64,000 nt of DNA, from positions 23,994,001 through 24,058,000 of the forward strand of contig JAQFVV010000004.1 in the NCBI GenBank assembly GCA_028023455.1, in the 5' to 3' direction. How positions within the stretch are numbered: position 1 is the first letter of the stretch; each line of letters begins with the position of its first letter. Source of the stretch: Epiperipatus broadwayi. Taxonomy: Eukaryota; Animalia; Onychophora. Both the position numbers and the translations under genes were made by a program. Under the pieces are notes generated by a model, which saw only the letters and a program-made list of their open reading frames with translations, had not been told where the DNA came from and ran no database searches. Positions 26,430 to 39,783 of the stretch are shown here, in pieces.

Positions 26430-26915
26430 TTTTTTTATTTATAAATAATTTTATTGAAAAACCATATGTAATAATGATACAATGTAAATCAAAAATAATA
26501 GTTATCCATGTTAGTCAGGCAACCAAATGTTCTGATGTGGTTACTGGTGTTGTTAATCCAGCTTAATCAGGCTCCATGTGTTGTCAAATAAGAATCTGGA
26601 AGAGATTATTCTGTCCTTATGGTGAAATTCCTTTAGCTTGGAAATGAATGTGTCTTCAGGCTTGGGATGAGGAAAGGTAAACTTGTTGCGACATCTGGAC
26701 ATCCAGATGGCATAAGTGAGAAAGGTTGAGAGTCTTGTGGTGATGTAATCCCTGGACAGGAAGCAGCATTTAATATTTAAGATTTTGTTCAGGGAAATGT
26801 GGCAGTGGTAAGTAATGAAAGTTCTGATTTTGTCATATGCTGGGCAATCATTTATCATATGATCAAAGGTTTCACAGGTTCTATGGCAGTTGTGACACAT
26901 AGGATTTCCCTTTAG
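26430..26915 (-). mobile_element. 3' end of an L1/Tx1-type LINE (zf-RVT region plus A-rich tail)
   Basis: ORF 26553-26960(-) contains CHNCHRTCETFDHMINDC (C-x2-C...E...H...C) and YAIWMSRCRNKF. It is followed by AATAAA and an A-rich tail at ~26430-26455. Confidence 0.75.
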
Positions 26916-27344
26916 CAAAACTTTAATAAAATAAAACAAGGAGTGATTTCCATGTTCCATATTCTACTAAAACAAGAATTAGTCAATACTAGTAGGAAAA
27001 GTAGTAGTAGTACTGTTATTTAAAACATAATGACAGAAGTAAACAACAAAAAACTTATGCTGAAATTTTTTGTTTTAAAAAAATTACTGCTCTATAGCAG
27101 TATAGGCTGTATAGCTTCTTTAAAAAAAAAGTAACCTTCTATAGCCTTCGTTCTATATATATGACATCAATCTGTAAGTGATCTATATCTAAGTATATAT
27201 ATATCACTTGAAATTTATCCACACTGTAGCTTTTGTAACTCACTGATGTAACCTTATATTCTCCATCAATAAAATTTACTTTGAAAATAAATAGATTTAA
27301 TCGGCTATGCCTGATTCAGAATTAAATGACGGAAATCAAGCAAA

Positions 27345-30300
27345 AAAAAGCTAATTAGTCATTATTATCATCACATTCAACCATTAAGTTTCATTACAAA
27401 ATGAAGGCCTCTTCGTGTTTAATCCAATTTATCCATATCCGTAGCTTTTCTTCACATTACTCCAGTAAATCTTCTAATCTCATTCACTACTTTTTAGATC
27501 TTTTATAATATTTAGGGATAAGGTTTAAGACTTCAACTATTCATCTATTTAATATTATCACTTCTAGTAATATCATAACTAGCTTCATTTCAGTCCAAAT
27601 TTTTCAATAACAGCTATTTGTTTTCTCTTCCATATATTTTATATTCAAATCCTACATATTATTCCCAACTTACATCTCCCCATATTTTATTGTATGGCCT
27701 AATGACTTTATATTATTCTTATCCATGTCTAGGATCTATATATAGGAATTGGTTAAACACATGCATATTCTTTTCAAACATATAAGCATATTATATATTC
27801 TTCTATTATGTTCTTATCTATATTAATAATTTTATAAAGGTATTTGTAGTTAAAGGCATATGAATCATCATCATACCCCCTTAACAATGTTATTTTTCTA
27901 AATGTTATTGGATAATCTAATTACTGTTGTAACATTTTGATAAATATTCTTCATAATATATCTGAATGTGCAAATCTTCAATCACTATAAAAAGTCTAAA
28001 AAATTGATGCCTTTTCACAATCTTCAAATGTAAAGCATAATGACAACTTAGACTCATTAGTATTTACTAGAATTTCTCTTTATCTACTGTGCTAAAAGCA
28101 CTTTTAAATACAATTTATTGATTGGTTTGAATCCACAGTTCTCTGTAAAGAAGAGGTTTTTATTTTATTTTATTAAAGAGCTTGTGCAGAAGTGATAGCA
28201 GACTGATAAATCTATAAATTCTAATTTTTTTTTCCACCTCACTGCTGCATTCTTCACATCATATGTTATATCTTTAACAATTGGGTATTTGATTTAGGCA
28301 TTTGGTATGCAGTTTTGCCAATAATTTTTCTATTTCTTTGTTGGTTTCTTTTAATATGCCAGTAATAATTCTTTCATTTTCTAGAGGTTTTTTTCATTTA
28401 CTATATACATTTAATTGTATATTTCATCTCTATATTTAAAATGTTTGGCAGAATCAGAAGTTGCCATTGTAGGAGCTGTTTTATGTTTATTTATTACTAC
28501 ATAATTCTTTGTATAATTCTTCAAACACTTCAGATGTCATCCCACTTTTTAGTAATAATTCCATTGTTTTTTTCTTTTTTTTTTTGCTGAAATAAATTTC
28601 CTTTCAATATCCAAGATATTATTTTACATTTTTTTAGATTTTTATATTTATATTGCTTTCCTTGCCAATACATTATTCTAAAATCCAAGTGAATGTATGC
28701 TTGTCTGCAATGCTATTTATCATGTGTCAAATTCATACCAATTAATAAAAACCATTATGTTTGTCCATAAAGCTGTTGAAAGAAATAATTCCACTATTAA
28801 TAAACTATAATTTTTTTATGAAGAATTTTATGCAAAGGAAGTAATTCCTTTCTTATATTTATGAGGCTTAATTTTATTATGAGCATTTTATTCAAAGCAA
28901 GTAATTGTGCAAAGCAAAAAAATTGTTTAAGCTTACAAAAACAATGGCCTTTCTATAGGCTGGATACATTTCTGGATTCTAAAAAAAATACAGTATTTTA
29001 CAAAAGACAAGGAATAAAACTTTTTGAAGGAAAATATGTTCCAAAAATGTGCCTTTAACTACAGTGGAGAAGTGAATAGATATAGTATTTAAATCATGAA
29101 GAAAATGTGATTATAATACATAAGTTCATATTTGAAATTGATATTGAGTGAGAAGAAAAAATAGATGCTATAGTGTTTTTGTTAGCATATAAATGAAGTT
29201 CTATTGTTTGATATCACATACTTCATGGCTTGACAGCAATACCATGCATGACTAAAATTTGTTAAAGCAACCAATTAAAAAAAATATTTCAAAAATGGGA
29301 GGTTGGGTACACTCTTGTACATTATTATATTTTCTTATATCAACATACATTCTTTTTTATACCATTTTATAGAATTCCAGATATTCCATTCTTCTGAATG
29401 TATCTTTTTTAAATATTTACATACGAATAACTGTTTTTGTGTGTGATAGATATCTATTTAGCAATCTTTAAAAAAATATCAGTTATCCTTTTCATGATTG
29501 TAGTCAAATATTAACATCTTTAAAATTGGTGAATAATTTAAAATGATTTGCAAGATCTAATTTAAATTCATTATTTTCCTCAATAATTTTAGTCTCTCTG
29601 TCTATATTGAATCTTTTAAAAACATTGCCATCGTGAAATAGATATTTTTTGTTAAACAAAATATAATCAAATTCTGTTGCACTTTCTTTAGAATTGTTCC
29701 GTGTCCATTTCTGTTAACATTTTTCTCAAAGAAAGAATTTATAATACAGTTTTTCAGTAATTTCCACAAATCTGTGTCTTTTTATTTCTGTCTCTTTAAT
29801 CAAATTAAACCATACATTATTCCCATTGTAGTATTAAAGATTCTTATAAAAAATATAAAAAGTTGTTTGATATAATTATGGGAACATGTCGCATGTAAAT
29901 CTGAACTACTTGCATTTGATGTCTTCCATTTAATTGAATAACTAATTTTTGCACTCTGTCTATTATACCATCAATCACTATAATGCAGTTTTTCAATTTT
30001 TGTCTTTAATAAATCCTAATCCATTTGTGTTTTCAATATTTTGCCTTTTTAGTAGTTTATATTAACTCTTAAAATCGAATGACTTTTCATCCTTACTTTT
30101 AACTTCACAAAAGTGGACAATATCCCATTTATTAGCAGTTCTTCCAATTAATGTAAACTTTTTTCATTTGAGTTGTAGTAGCTAAATAAGAGATCACATT
30201 CAAATGATGGCTGGTTTGTAATCAGAAGGTTCTCAGTATCCTCTGCCTTCATATGCAAATTGATCTAACAGCTTCTTGGAAATGAGACAAGAATTAAATT
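27345..30300 (-). mobile_element. Old, heavily decayed near full-length RTE-like LINE
   Basis: The left end resembles the reverse complement of the RTE tail (CATCACATTCAACCATT...AAGGCCTCT...TAATCCA). RT-like remnants lie at ~27700-28250 and endonuclease-like remnants at ~29400-30300. No open frame. Confidence 0.55.
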
Positions 30301-32502
30301 TTATCATGATTGTAAATATATATATAATGAGTGAAGATTTCTATCAACAATAAACAATGTTCAGTCTCACAGAAACATATATGTATAACCATTCACATAT
30401 TTATTCTGCTTCAAAAACCCAAATAAATGTTTCAGTTAAAAACAACAACTAATGAAAAATATAAGCTTGAAGGACAAATGAATTCACTTGTTCTTTGTAA
30501 TTTTGCTTATAGGTGTGTGTGTATAAATTTATATTAAAACAGCACCTGTGACGATTGATTTACTTCTGAATATATTATAATAAATATTATACTTTATAAA
30601 AAATAAATATTTATATATTAATGGATCTATAAAAAATATTTAATAATATATATAAAGAGAAAGATAATAAAAGCAACATTTATTCAATATTAATAATTCT
30701 TTGTTGTATATTTAATAAAGAACTTTTTTTTCCATATTTATTAACAATTTTTTTTTTGCTTTTTTCCCCTTCAAATATTAATATTATTATGTTTATTTTA
30801 ATATAATTTTTAGCAGTAAAGTGTAAATAAATGAAATCAAAGGATATATTATTTGCTATTAGTTATTTTAATTTATTATTATCACTGATTAGCAGATAAA
30901 TTTTCAAGTTATAAATGTTATCTGTAAGCATTTTAGTGATAGTTTTATTAAAATTAAAGTGTATTTTAAAATTCAAATTTATTAACATAGTAAGGCAACA
31001 AATAATTTTGTTTATTAATTCAATACAAATATTTTTATTTATTATTTCAATTTTGAAAGATTAAAAATATTTATTTTGTAAAAGTTGGGGGGGGGGGGTT
31101 GACTCATAAGTTCATAGCCTGTGATGTAGTTTGAGATACTAGAATAAAATATATTAATTAAGAGATATCAAGCATGTTTAGTTTCTATCTATCTTTAGAA
31201 GAAGCTTAAAATACATACTAAGATTAACAGGTTAATTGGAAATATTTCTACATGGTAACACAGAAAGGAAAAATGACAAAATAAAAATCTATATGAAATG
31301 TAATAGTCATTTATATTATAATTAAGAAATAAGACATGTAGGTACTATGAAAAATTGATAAAGTATACAACATTTAAAAAGCCAAATTAACATGTAAAGG
31401 TGTGTGTCTACAATGTGGACATAAATATACAAGTTTATAAGATGGGTATATCAAAAGCAGACTATATTATGTATTGATTTAATTGCTGAATTTGGGAACA
31501 ATTTGGGAATGCAAATCTTATATTATTTTTAAAAATAAATGAAAGTCAATTCAAAAATATATTACACAAATACAAAACTGTTGAGGGCAAAATGATAAAA
31601 ACATTTTATTGAAATATGGCATAAATTTAATTCAGCTAACGACAGTAAAATAATTATGAAAAAAAAATTCTGAATGTAAAAAGCTTGTTATTTTTGCAGA
31701 CAAAAGTAGGAAGTAAATGAAATTTAATTAAAAGTAAAAATTTCAAAACAACTAAGAGAAACATCTTGGTAAATAAGAAGAATTGATTTCTGAACTATGA
31801 AGAATAGTTATATACAAAAAGAATATGTTTGATTAAAATAGAAACAAAATTAGGTGAGATTGTACTGAAATCATCATTAATATTCTTCTATCAAGAAAAA
31901 AGAAATAAAAAAATTGTGATAATGTCAATTTGATTTTGTGACTGGTTTTTACCACTTAGAGTCTATAACAAAGCAAAAAAAAAAAATAGCCATAAAACTA
32001 TTTAATATCCAACATTTCAAGAAATGAAACCATAGTAATTTGGTATATAATAATTTAAGTGCCCAATATAAGCATGTTATTCTTCATTGCCATTATGTAA
32101 TTTCTCAGAAATGAATAGATGCTATGCCTCTCAGTTCAGAAAATAATTCCCTACAAGAAATAACATATTATTCATCAAATGCATGAGACACATTGGCTAT
32201 GCTTGAAAGTCAATCTACTTTGCTGATAGTAAAATTACAAGAAATTCTACCCGACTATCTGATCTGCAAAAACTATTCTAAATAATTAAAGCTTATATAA
32301 CTTGGGATAAAATATTAACTATTGACTAACACTAAAATTTGGAGCTCAAATCTGATTTTAGACCAACATAAATAAAAATTAAGTTGTTAAAAATATATAT
32401 ATTTCAGATATGACATTAAAATTGTAATCTTACTCTACTGTCTGTACATGTTTATATGAATGTAAATAAAGTTATTTTTAGGTTTATAAAAATGTGTTAT
32501 TA

Positions 32503-32786
32503 ATATATAGTGTATATGAGCACAGACTTTCAGATGACCCATCACTCTCCACACTATCTAATAACACTGATACCCTCAAGCACATATATGCTGAAAAGAT
32601 AAATAATCACCAATAGTATTTCATGCTAAACTAGTAATCATCAGTTGGTCCAGATTATCATCTCCCCCACATATATACTATAAGTGTTATTATATGGAGT
32701 GATGGGTCATCTGAATGTCTGTGCTCATATATCCTATATATTACATATATAGACACAGGTATAGAATAAGCCTGCGTTTCAATTAT
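32503..32786 (-). mobile_element. PLE-type non-autonomous insertion (family 3) with 16-bp TSD and degenerate HHR
   Basis: Perfect TSD TAAAAATGTGTTATTA at 32487-32502 and 32787-32802. ~60 bp inverted arms (ATATGAGCACAGAC...CCCATCACTC). Absent from the sister LTR. Confidence 0.8.
32609..32649 (-). ncRNA. Degenerate minimal type I hammerhead motif
   Basis: Minus strand ACCAA-CTGATGA-T-TACTA-GTT-TAGCA-T-GAAA-TAC-TA-TTGGT: perfect 5-bp helix I, 4/5-bp helix II, and an atypical 3-nt helix-III loop. Confidence 0.5.
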
Positions 32787-34000
32787 TAAAAATGTGTTAT
32801 TATTTATCTGAAAAGCTAAACAATCTAGCAAATTCCTTTGTTAAGAAAAACTAAGTAATAATTATGCTAATTAGTGCAACTAATAAAAATATGGCCTAAG
32901 AGTGTCAGAAGAACAAGAAAGCATCAGAATGGTAAGGGAGTGGATAAATTAAAAGAAAATGTCAAGTTGATAATAATAACGTCTTTCTTGATAAGGAGAA
33001 ATGGAAGAACTAAGTTAAAGTAGTATTTATAATTTAGATTTTACAATGAAGTTGTCAGTCATTTAAAATGACAGACTGAAGTTAATAAGAACTCAGCTAT
33101 AATTGTGTTAATGAAAAACAACTATGAGTTAAGGATTTCAAACAAAACTCTGAATTTATGGATTATAATATACATTTACAGAATGTGAGAATGAAGTATT
33201 CCCTTATACCAAACTTGTTTTTAATATTTGTCCCAAAATTAAGGGGAAATTATTGTTATTACATTATTATTTTATCAATTATTAATATTCTTCAGTATAG
33301 AAAAATAAACTTGCTGAGATAATTTTTGCCACTGCTGGGATTATAGATCTCACCATGAACACAGCACTTGGTGCAGTCAACACTTGTAATTTCTTTTGAG
33401 GGGAGAGTAAAAATAGTAGCACAGCTAATCCATGAATGATTAAAATTTAAACTTAAAATTTTGCAAGTATAACTATGGTAACACTAATTTATAATCATTG
33501 AGAGTTTGATATAAACAATCCAACATCATGGAATATATACACCAAGCACATCAACTGTTATATGTGTATAAATAAAATTGAAACAGACAAAGTTTCCACC
33601 CATTAAGTGATCCAAGGATCATGGAGGGTATACCCTATAAAGAATTAATAGAAAATGTCAGTGCATATTTTCAACCAGAGTGACAAAAAGAAAGGCTCAT
33701 TTACATTTCAGGATGAAGCAATTATCTCATGAACATTACTGATATTATAACTTAGCATTGAGAACATTGCCAACCAACGCCAATTCATGATTGACCTAAA
33801 TAATACACTGTTAAATCAACTACTTTACAGGATGTCAGGGAAAAACTTCAGAAAAAAATTGTTAAGTGAAGTGGATTTAACATATAAGATGGTGATTGCA
33901 AAATGGTAGAATTCCAAGAAGTAAAAAATCTGACAAACTATAAATACATTGCCAATGATTATGGCACCCACAAAACTTCCAAAGAATGGCCTAACATTAG

Positions 34001-34071
34001 AAAACTCTCCATACAGTAGTATCACTAAGTGCACTATTGTATAGAGAGTTTGCTACTGTTATTAACAGCTA
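34001..34071. repeat. Mini-palindrome of HHR element family 1 terminus, inserted in Gypsy element
   Basis: AAAACTCTCCATACAGTAGT...ACTATTGTATAGAGAGTTTG followed by CTGTTATTAACAG, the family-1 end sequence. Confidence 0.75.
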
Positions 34072-35164
34072 GTGTAAACATATGAAATGATCATGTGAAT
34101 GACTTAACATGTTATTGTTGCAGACTTAAAGGACACACAAAGAAATTGTGCAATTATACACTGGAGAATTTGTCACATTGTAGTATTAAAGTGCATCTAG
34201 CTTGTGTCTGTAAAAAGAAGGAAAGTAAAATAAACATCAAACCACTCCCTGACTTTAAATAAAAAGGAGGGTATATGTTATAAAAATGCAGAAATAAAAA
34301 AGTTAAAAGATTCACATGATGTCCAAATTACACTGGACATGATTATTTGTAATAATACACTTAACATAAAAGTTGACAGTATGCCTAACTATCTATTCTA
34401 TCTCTTGGGAAATGGAATAATATCAGTGCTAAATGCAAAAATAAAGGAAATCTGGAAAAGACTTGTAATGGCCACAGATGTAATTGGCAAAAAAATTCAC
34501 ATATGTGAGAAAATATTAGTTTTGTTAAAAGTCAACAACAGACAAAGTATCATCAGTATTTATTGTAAAAAGAAATATAATCCCATTGCTAGATGAAAAC
34601 TGGTTTAGATCTCTTAAAATTCATATTGAGAAAAAGAAAAAAAGATTTACAAGAAAGTTGCAAATGAGGGGAGGAGTCTGAGCCAGTAATTAAATGGAAT
34701 TTTAGAGAAGAGACAGTAAAAACATATTCAAGTATAAATCTACAGCTGATTCACCCAAGAAAACCTGTAAATTGTGGATGGTGGCTAAAAATTCATGGCA
34801 ATTTATTCATATAGGTTTTTCTGGACCCATAAATGGATATCTATTTTTAAAAATAGTGGATTCATATTCCTAATGGTCCAAATAAAAGCTTGTAAAAACT
34901 ATCAATACTAAATGTACTATTAAACCCCTCCAGAAAGTTTTTACTACTTATAGATATTATGAGATCCTTGTATCTGATAGTGCAATATGATTTACTTCTG
35001 CTAATTTTAAAAATTATTTAGCAGAGAAAGGAATATGTCACTTCTTAATCCAACTTTATCATCAGAGTCCAATGGAAATGCTGAGAATACAGTCCAATGC
35101 CTAAAATCTGCCTTAAAGAGAATGACAGTTGTGGATATTAAAGATACATTAAAAGCAGTAATCT

Positions 35165-35277
35165 TTTTTTTTCCATATGTCATAGCATCGGCCGGGATGT
35201 GAACCCATACCCATCTGCAACCAACTACTTGCTTGCAAGGCAGGTGCGATGACCTCTTGGCTAACAACGCTTGACAA
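35165..35277 (-). mobile_element. tRNA-Gly-derived SINE, extended subfamily
   Basis: Minus strand GTCAA-GCGTTGTTAGCCAAGAGG...CCTTGCAAGCAAGTAGTTGGTTGCAGA...GGGTTCACATCCCGGCCGATGC-TATGACATATGG-polyA. Confidence 0.75.
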
Positions 35278-36773
35278 TTATTGACATTTTACACAAACAG
35301 AGTTATTAAACTGTTATCGATTCAACAAGAAACAGAAAAAAGTATTTTTGAGGAAGAAAACATTAAAGTAAACTTCAAAAGATTTCAAGTTGATGAAGCC
35401 ATGTGGTATAAAGACATTTTAAAAAAAAAATGTTTTCTAGGTATTATTGGTAACATTGTAGGAAATATAATTAGAATCATTTAACTGGAAAATGGATTAC
35501 TAATAGGAAAACATTTAAATCACTTATACAAGTATTTCTGTTATATGTGACAAGTAATGGACTCTAAACTTACACTAATCAATTTTAAATCAGGAACTAT
35601 GACAAGAGAAGAGTATGACAATATCTTTTTATTTATACAAAATGATGAACCATCCATTGATAAGGATGTTAAAGTTCAGGTCAGATGAAATGAAAATGTT
35701 TCAGATCTAAGTGATGATAATTTATCAAGATTAGAAAATTAGAGTTCAACACAGATTGAGATGAGAAAAAATGTGTAGTGCCAGAGATCAGAGAAATTAC
35801 AGAAAACCTGAAAGATTTAAAGATTAATTTCTGAAGTGAAGGAGAGGTATGGACTGTCTGTACATGTACACATGATAATGTAAATAAAGTTATTTTTAGG
35901 TTTGTTAAAATATATGCAGATAGTACTTTGGTATCGTTTATCATAAAAGCTAAGCAATTCAAAACATTTCTTTGTTAAGAGAAATTGAATAATTAGTAAA
36001 AAATATTGAAAAGACAAACTGAGAACATCAGAGGGGCAAGAAAGCATCAGAATGGTGAGCTAGCAGATAAATTGAAAAGAATTATCAAGCTGACAATAAT
36101 ATCTCTCTCAATAAAAAGAAATGGCAGTGTTAAGTTAAAGTAGTATTTATAATTTAAAGTCTTTAAAGTGAAGTTGTCAGTTTAGTAAAATGACAGACTA
36201 AAGTAAATGAGAACTGAGCTGTCTTGTGTTAATGAAAAACAAATACAAGTTAAAGATAGTCAAAAATAGACTTTAAAAGATAAAAGTTAATGAAACTTTA
36301 AATTTATGAACGTAATATACATTCAGAGTGTGAGAATGAAATATTCCCATAGAGCAAACTTGCTCTGACATTTTCCTCAAAATTAAGGGATAATTATTGC
36401 TATTACATTATTATTTTATCATTTATTAATATTCTTTAGCATAAAAAAATAAACTTGCTGAGATATACAAAAGTTGTTTGTATGATTAATTTTTGCCATT
36501 CATATGGCTGGGATTATAGATACTCCTGTGAATACAGGATGTACACAAATATGCAGATAATACGGTAAGAAATATACTTATTTAACTTTTTTAGGCCTAA
36601 AAGAATCCTTTTTTAAAATCCACCTTATTTATATAAAATTATAAATGAAATGGAAATAGAACCAAATGACACAGTTTACTAAAAATCTCAGATATATCTA
36701 ATCACTCTTATAATAAAAAATAAATTGTAAATCTCACAAAAACAGAATATTTGTAATAACAAATCTGTCAAGA

Positions 36774-36872
36774 ATTGGTGGTCAAGAGGTCAGCGACAGC
36801 TGCTTTACAAGCAGTTGTCCCGGGTTAGCAGGTTCGCTTCCCGGCTGATGCTATGACACATGAGAAAAAAAA
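36774..36872 (+). mobile_element. tRNA-Gly-derived SINE, intermediate form
   Basis: GTCAA-GAATTGGTGGTCAAGAGG...CTGCTTTACAAGCAG...GGTTCGCTTCCCGGCTGATGC-TATGACACATGAG-polyA. Confidence 0.7.
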
Positions 36873-38600
36873 ATACAGTATTCTGAATAAGTGTTAATAA
36901 TTATTTATTTAATAATAAACTTGCTCTGACTTAATTAAAAATATGAAAAGGAAAAATAAATAAAGTTGCACTTTATGAAATACTTAATGCTGATATGTAA
37001 CTTGGGAGAAAAATAGAACTCAATTTTGTAAGTAATTTTATAGTTTTGTTAAAATATATAAATGTAACTTAGAGGTTTTTTAAAATTTCTTTAAAGTAAA
37101 GGTTCTTCTATGAAAGTGAGAATTTTATGAGCTTGAAAGTTGTGAAATGTTATGATATTTGAATCTTTTGCAAAAAGTAATCTGAAAGCATTGATAATAG
37201 ACTCTATTATTGCATTCTTTCAATCTTTATTTTCTAGAATTAAATAATCTGCTTTTAGAAATAGAATGCAGAAATATATATTTACATAAGAAGTTTTGAA
37301 ATATAGGCATTCTTCATATATCTGGAAATTTTGCAAAAATTCATAAACAATGATTTTATATAACTAACACATTAAATGAGAGAATTTTTAAATCTTATAT
37401 ATATATATGTTTGGTGTCATTTTTTTCTAAATTTTATCCAAATTTAATACAATACTGTTGGAATTTAATTCCCTATATATATTGTATGAAAAGTAGTGTG
37501 AGAAATAAATATTTTCCTATAAACTCTGCTAAAAGAGTGTGGGTGAACAGAATCAGCCCTGGGAATTTGGCATTAAAGGTGACAGAAAGATGTACTTCTA
37601 GTTTTATCTAAAAAAATATAATTTTATTTATTTATATATAGTATTTAATTAAATATAAAATTTTGTAATAATTGAAATTCATTTCAACTGATTTGGAAGA
37701 TTTAAAAAAACAAAATTCTCCCATTGAATTATATAAATATATATGTATATTAATGGCTATGTGGCAAACTTAAAATGTTCCTTATCATAGGAACAAAAGA
37801 TTATGAATATGTTTGATAATATTAATATTATGTAATCACTAAATATATCTAAAACATGATAATATGTTAAAGAAACAATGCACATGAAAGCAAGGAAACT
37901 TTTTGAAATAATTGTTTGGTTTATGACTTTTAACACTAATTTCTGACAGTATTAACACATAATAGCATTCCAGGTCTAAATAAATTATATATAGAGAGAT
38001 ATTAATAATTTTAACATTTTCTCATATATGTTTTACATAAATTTTAGCTATGATATAATCAGTCAAATCATCAATAAAAACTGGAAAATGTCAATTGAAA
38101 TAATACCATCTAGTATGATATCATTTCAATTAGAATGGCAGATTTTAAATGAAACTTTAGTTGGTGCTTTATAGATGAAATTTATCTAAAAATATTCAAA
38201 AAATTCCCATTAAAAGTTATTAATATTTATATTTAACAATATGTAAAAATATTTTAGTTAATTATATAGTAGAATCATGGTGGCCATTATATTTTGTTCT
38301 AAGTCCCCTGGTGTACATCATACATTGCATATAAAATTTCAATTTTGTAGACAATTTTGATTACAATAGAAAACATATTGTGTATTGAACTGCAAATGCA
38401 AACAATAATAATAATGTAGTTAACAAAAATAAAGGTGGCACATATTTGCTGTATCTGTATTTACTCACATTCATTCACACACAAAAAAATACTTACTATA
38501 TTTTTATTTTAATGAGATAAATACCAACAGTTCAAAAAGTAAATAAAATTAATAAACTGTATATTAGGTTTTTTTTTTTTAATAAATAATATGAATACTA

Positions 38601-38693
38601 GACAAGCATTGGTTGCCTAGCAGTTAGCATAGCTGCCTTCCAAGCAGCTGGCCCAAGTTCGCTTCCCAGTCTAACGCTTTGACATATAAAAAA
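38601..38693 (+). mobile_element. tRNA-Gly(TCC)-derived SINE/retro-tRNA with 10-bp TSD
   Basis: GCATTGGTTGCCTAGCAGTTAGCATAGCTGCCTTCCAAGCAGCTGGCCCAAGTTCGCTTCCCAGTCTAACGC closely follows eukaryotic tRNA-Gly(TCC). Tail TTTGACATATAAAAAAA. TSD ATGA(A/G)TACTA at 38591-38600 and 38694-38703. Confidence 0.8.
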
Positions 38694-39438
38694 ATGAGTA
38701 CTAAAATTCTGATTTTCATTGCAATTAAAATGCTCTGGACTATTTTTTTTTAATAACTTTTTTTCTCTAGAAAAATATAATAGCAGTCTCATTAGCAGCA
38801 TACTGTTTATGAATATTCTTAATTTTTATAAAACTTTCAACATTTCACTTAGAAAACATTTTATTATGCAAAATACTGTAAATAAAATTAATAATAAACT
38901 GAAGAATAAAATGTATGAACTTACAACACAAACTGAAAATAAGCTATTAATAAACATGACTGTATACAGCATTCTGGAATGAAAAAATAGTTACTACAGA
39001 AATGTGATATTTGCTATAGTTACAAATTTTAATTTATTTATTTTTTGCATTTTTTTAGGTTAGATAGTATTTATTAATACCGTTTATATCATGGTTTCAC
39101 TGTATTATATATTGTGTGTCAAAGCATAGGGATAAATAAAAACAATGAAAAGACCTGTGATATTTTTATTAATATAGTGTAGAACCATCAATCACATTAA
39201 TAAATAGTTGTTGTCTAAGTCATGGACAATTTTGACCATTTAAAAAAATGGGATGAAGAGACCCTTTATTAAAAATTGCAAATTACATATTAACTACTAG
39301 TAAAAAAGAAAATTAAATAATAAAATAATTTTACATTTGCAAAAACTGTTACTAAATTAAATATATATGAAACAATAATGGTTATTTAAAATTTTAAATT
39401 AACTTTAATGCATTTTGGATAATAAATTAATTTACTTT

Positions 39439-39536
39439 TTTTTTTTTTCATATATCAAATGTGTTGACTGGGAAGTGAACCCGGGCCAGCTGTTTGGGAG
39501 GCAGCTATGCTAACCACTAGGCCACCAACGCTTGAC
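39439..39536 (-). mobile_element. tRNA-Gly(CCC)-like SINE/retro-tRNA with perfect 10-bp TSD
   Basis: Minus strand GTCAA-GCGTTGGTGGCCTAGTGGTTAGCATAGCTGCCTCCCAAACAGCTGGCCCGGGTTCACTTCCCAGTCAACAC-ATTTGATATATG-polyA. TSD AATTTACTTT at 39429-39438 and 39537-39546. Confidence 0.8.
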
Positions 39537-39783
39537 AATTTACTTTGTTTTAATAAGATAGTAAATAATTATTTCTAAATGTAATGATTAAAATGTCTAA
39601 TGAGAATTGAAAATAATAATTATTGAAATTTCTATAAATAAATAAAAAAATATTATTTGATAAAAAACCAGAATTAAAAATTTTAGAAGTTAGTTCTCAT
39701 ATTCACACAAAACAAATATAAATATACCAAAAATCTCATAAGTAATTGTGATGTAAATAGATATGCTTATCATAGTTCACTTG

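Larger units (their letters stand above)
32437..36536 (+). mobile_element. Internally deleted Gypsy (Mag/K02A2.6-like) LTR retrotransposon
   Basis: Diverged direct repeats ~32437-33363 and ~35853-36536 (LTRs). Gag remnant GIPYKELIENVSAYFQP ~33630. Protease/RNase H scraps NIKVDS and LVMATDV (34339-34596). Integrase WQFIHIGFSGP...VDSYS*W...LVSDS...FTS..F...SNGNAE.TVQ (~34790-35120). Purine tract 35833-35847. Confidence 0.8.

Noticed and set aside
31380-32350. Possible decayed DNA transposase (NNLSAQYK-like motif, Sola/Zator-like)
   Set aside because: A single short motif across frameshifts; cannot be supported without a profile search.
38607-39531. Functional tRNA-Gly genes
   Set aside because: Acceptor/T-arm mismatches, altered B box, poly(A) tails and TSDs indicate retroposed SINE copies.
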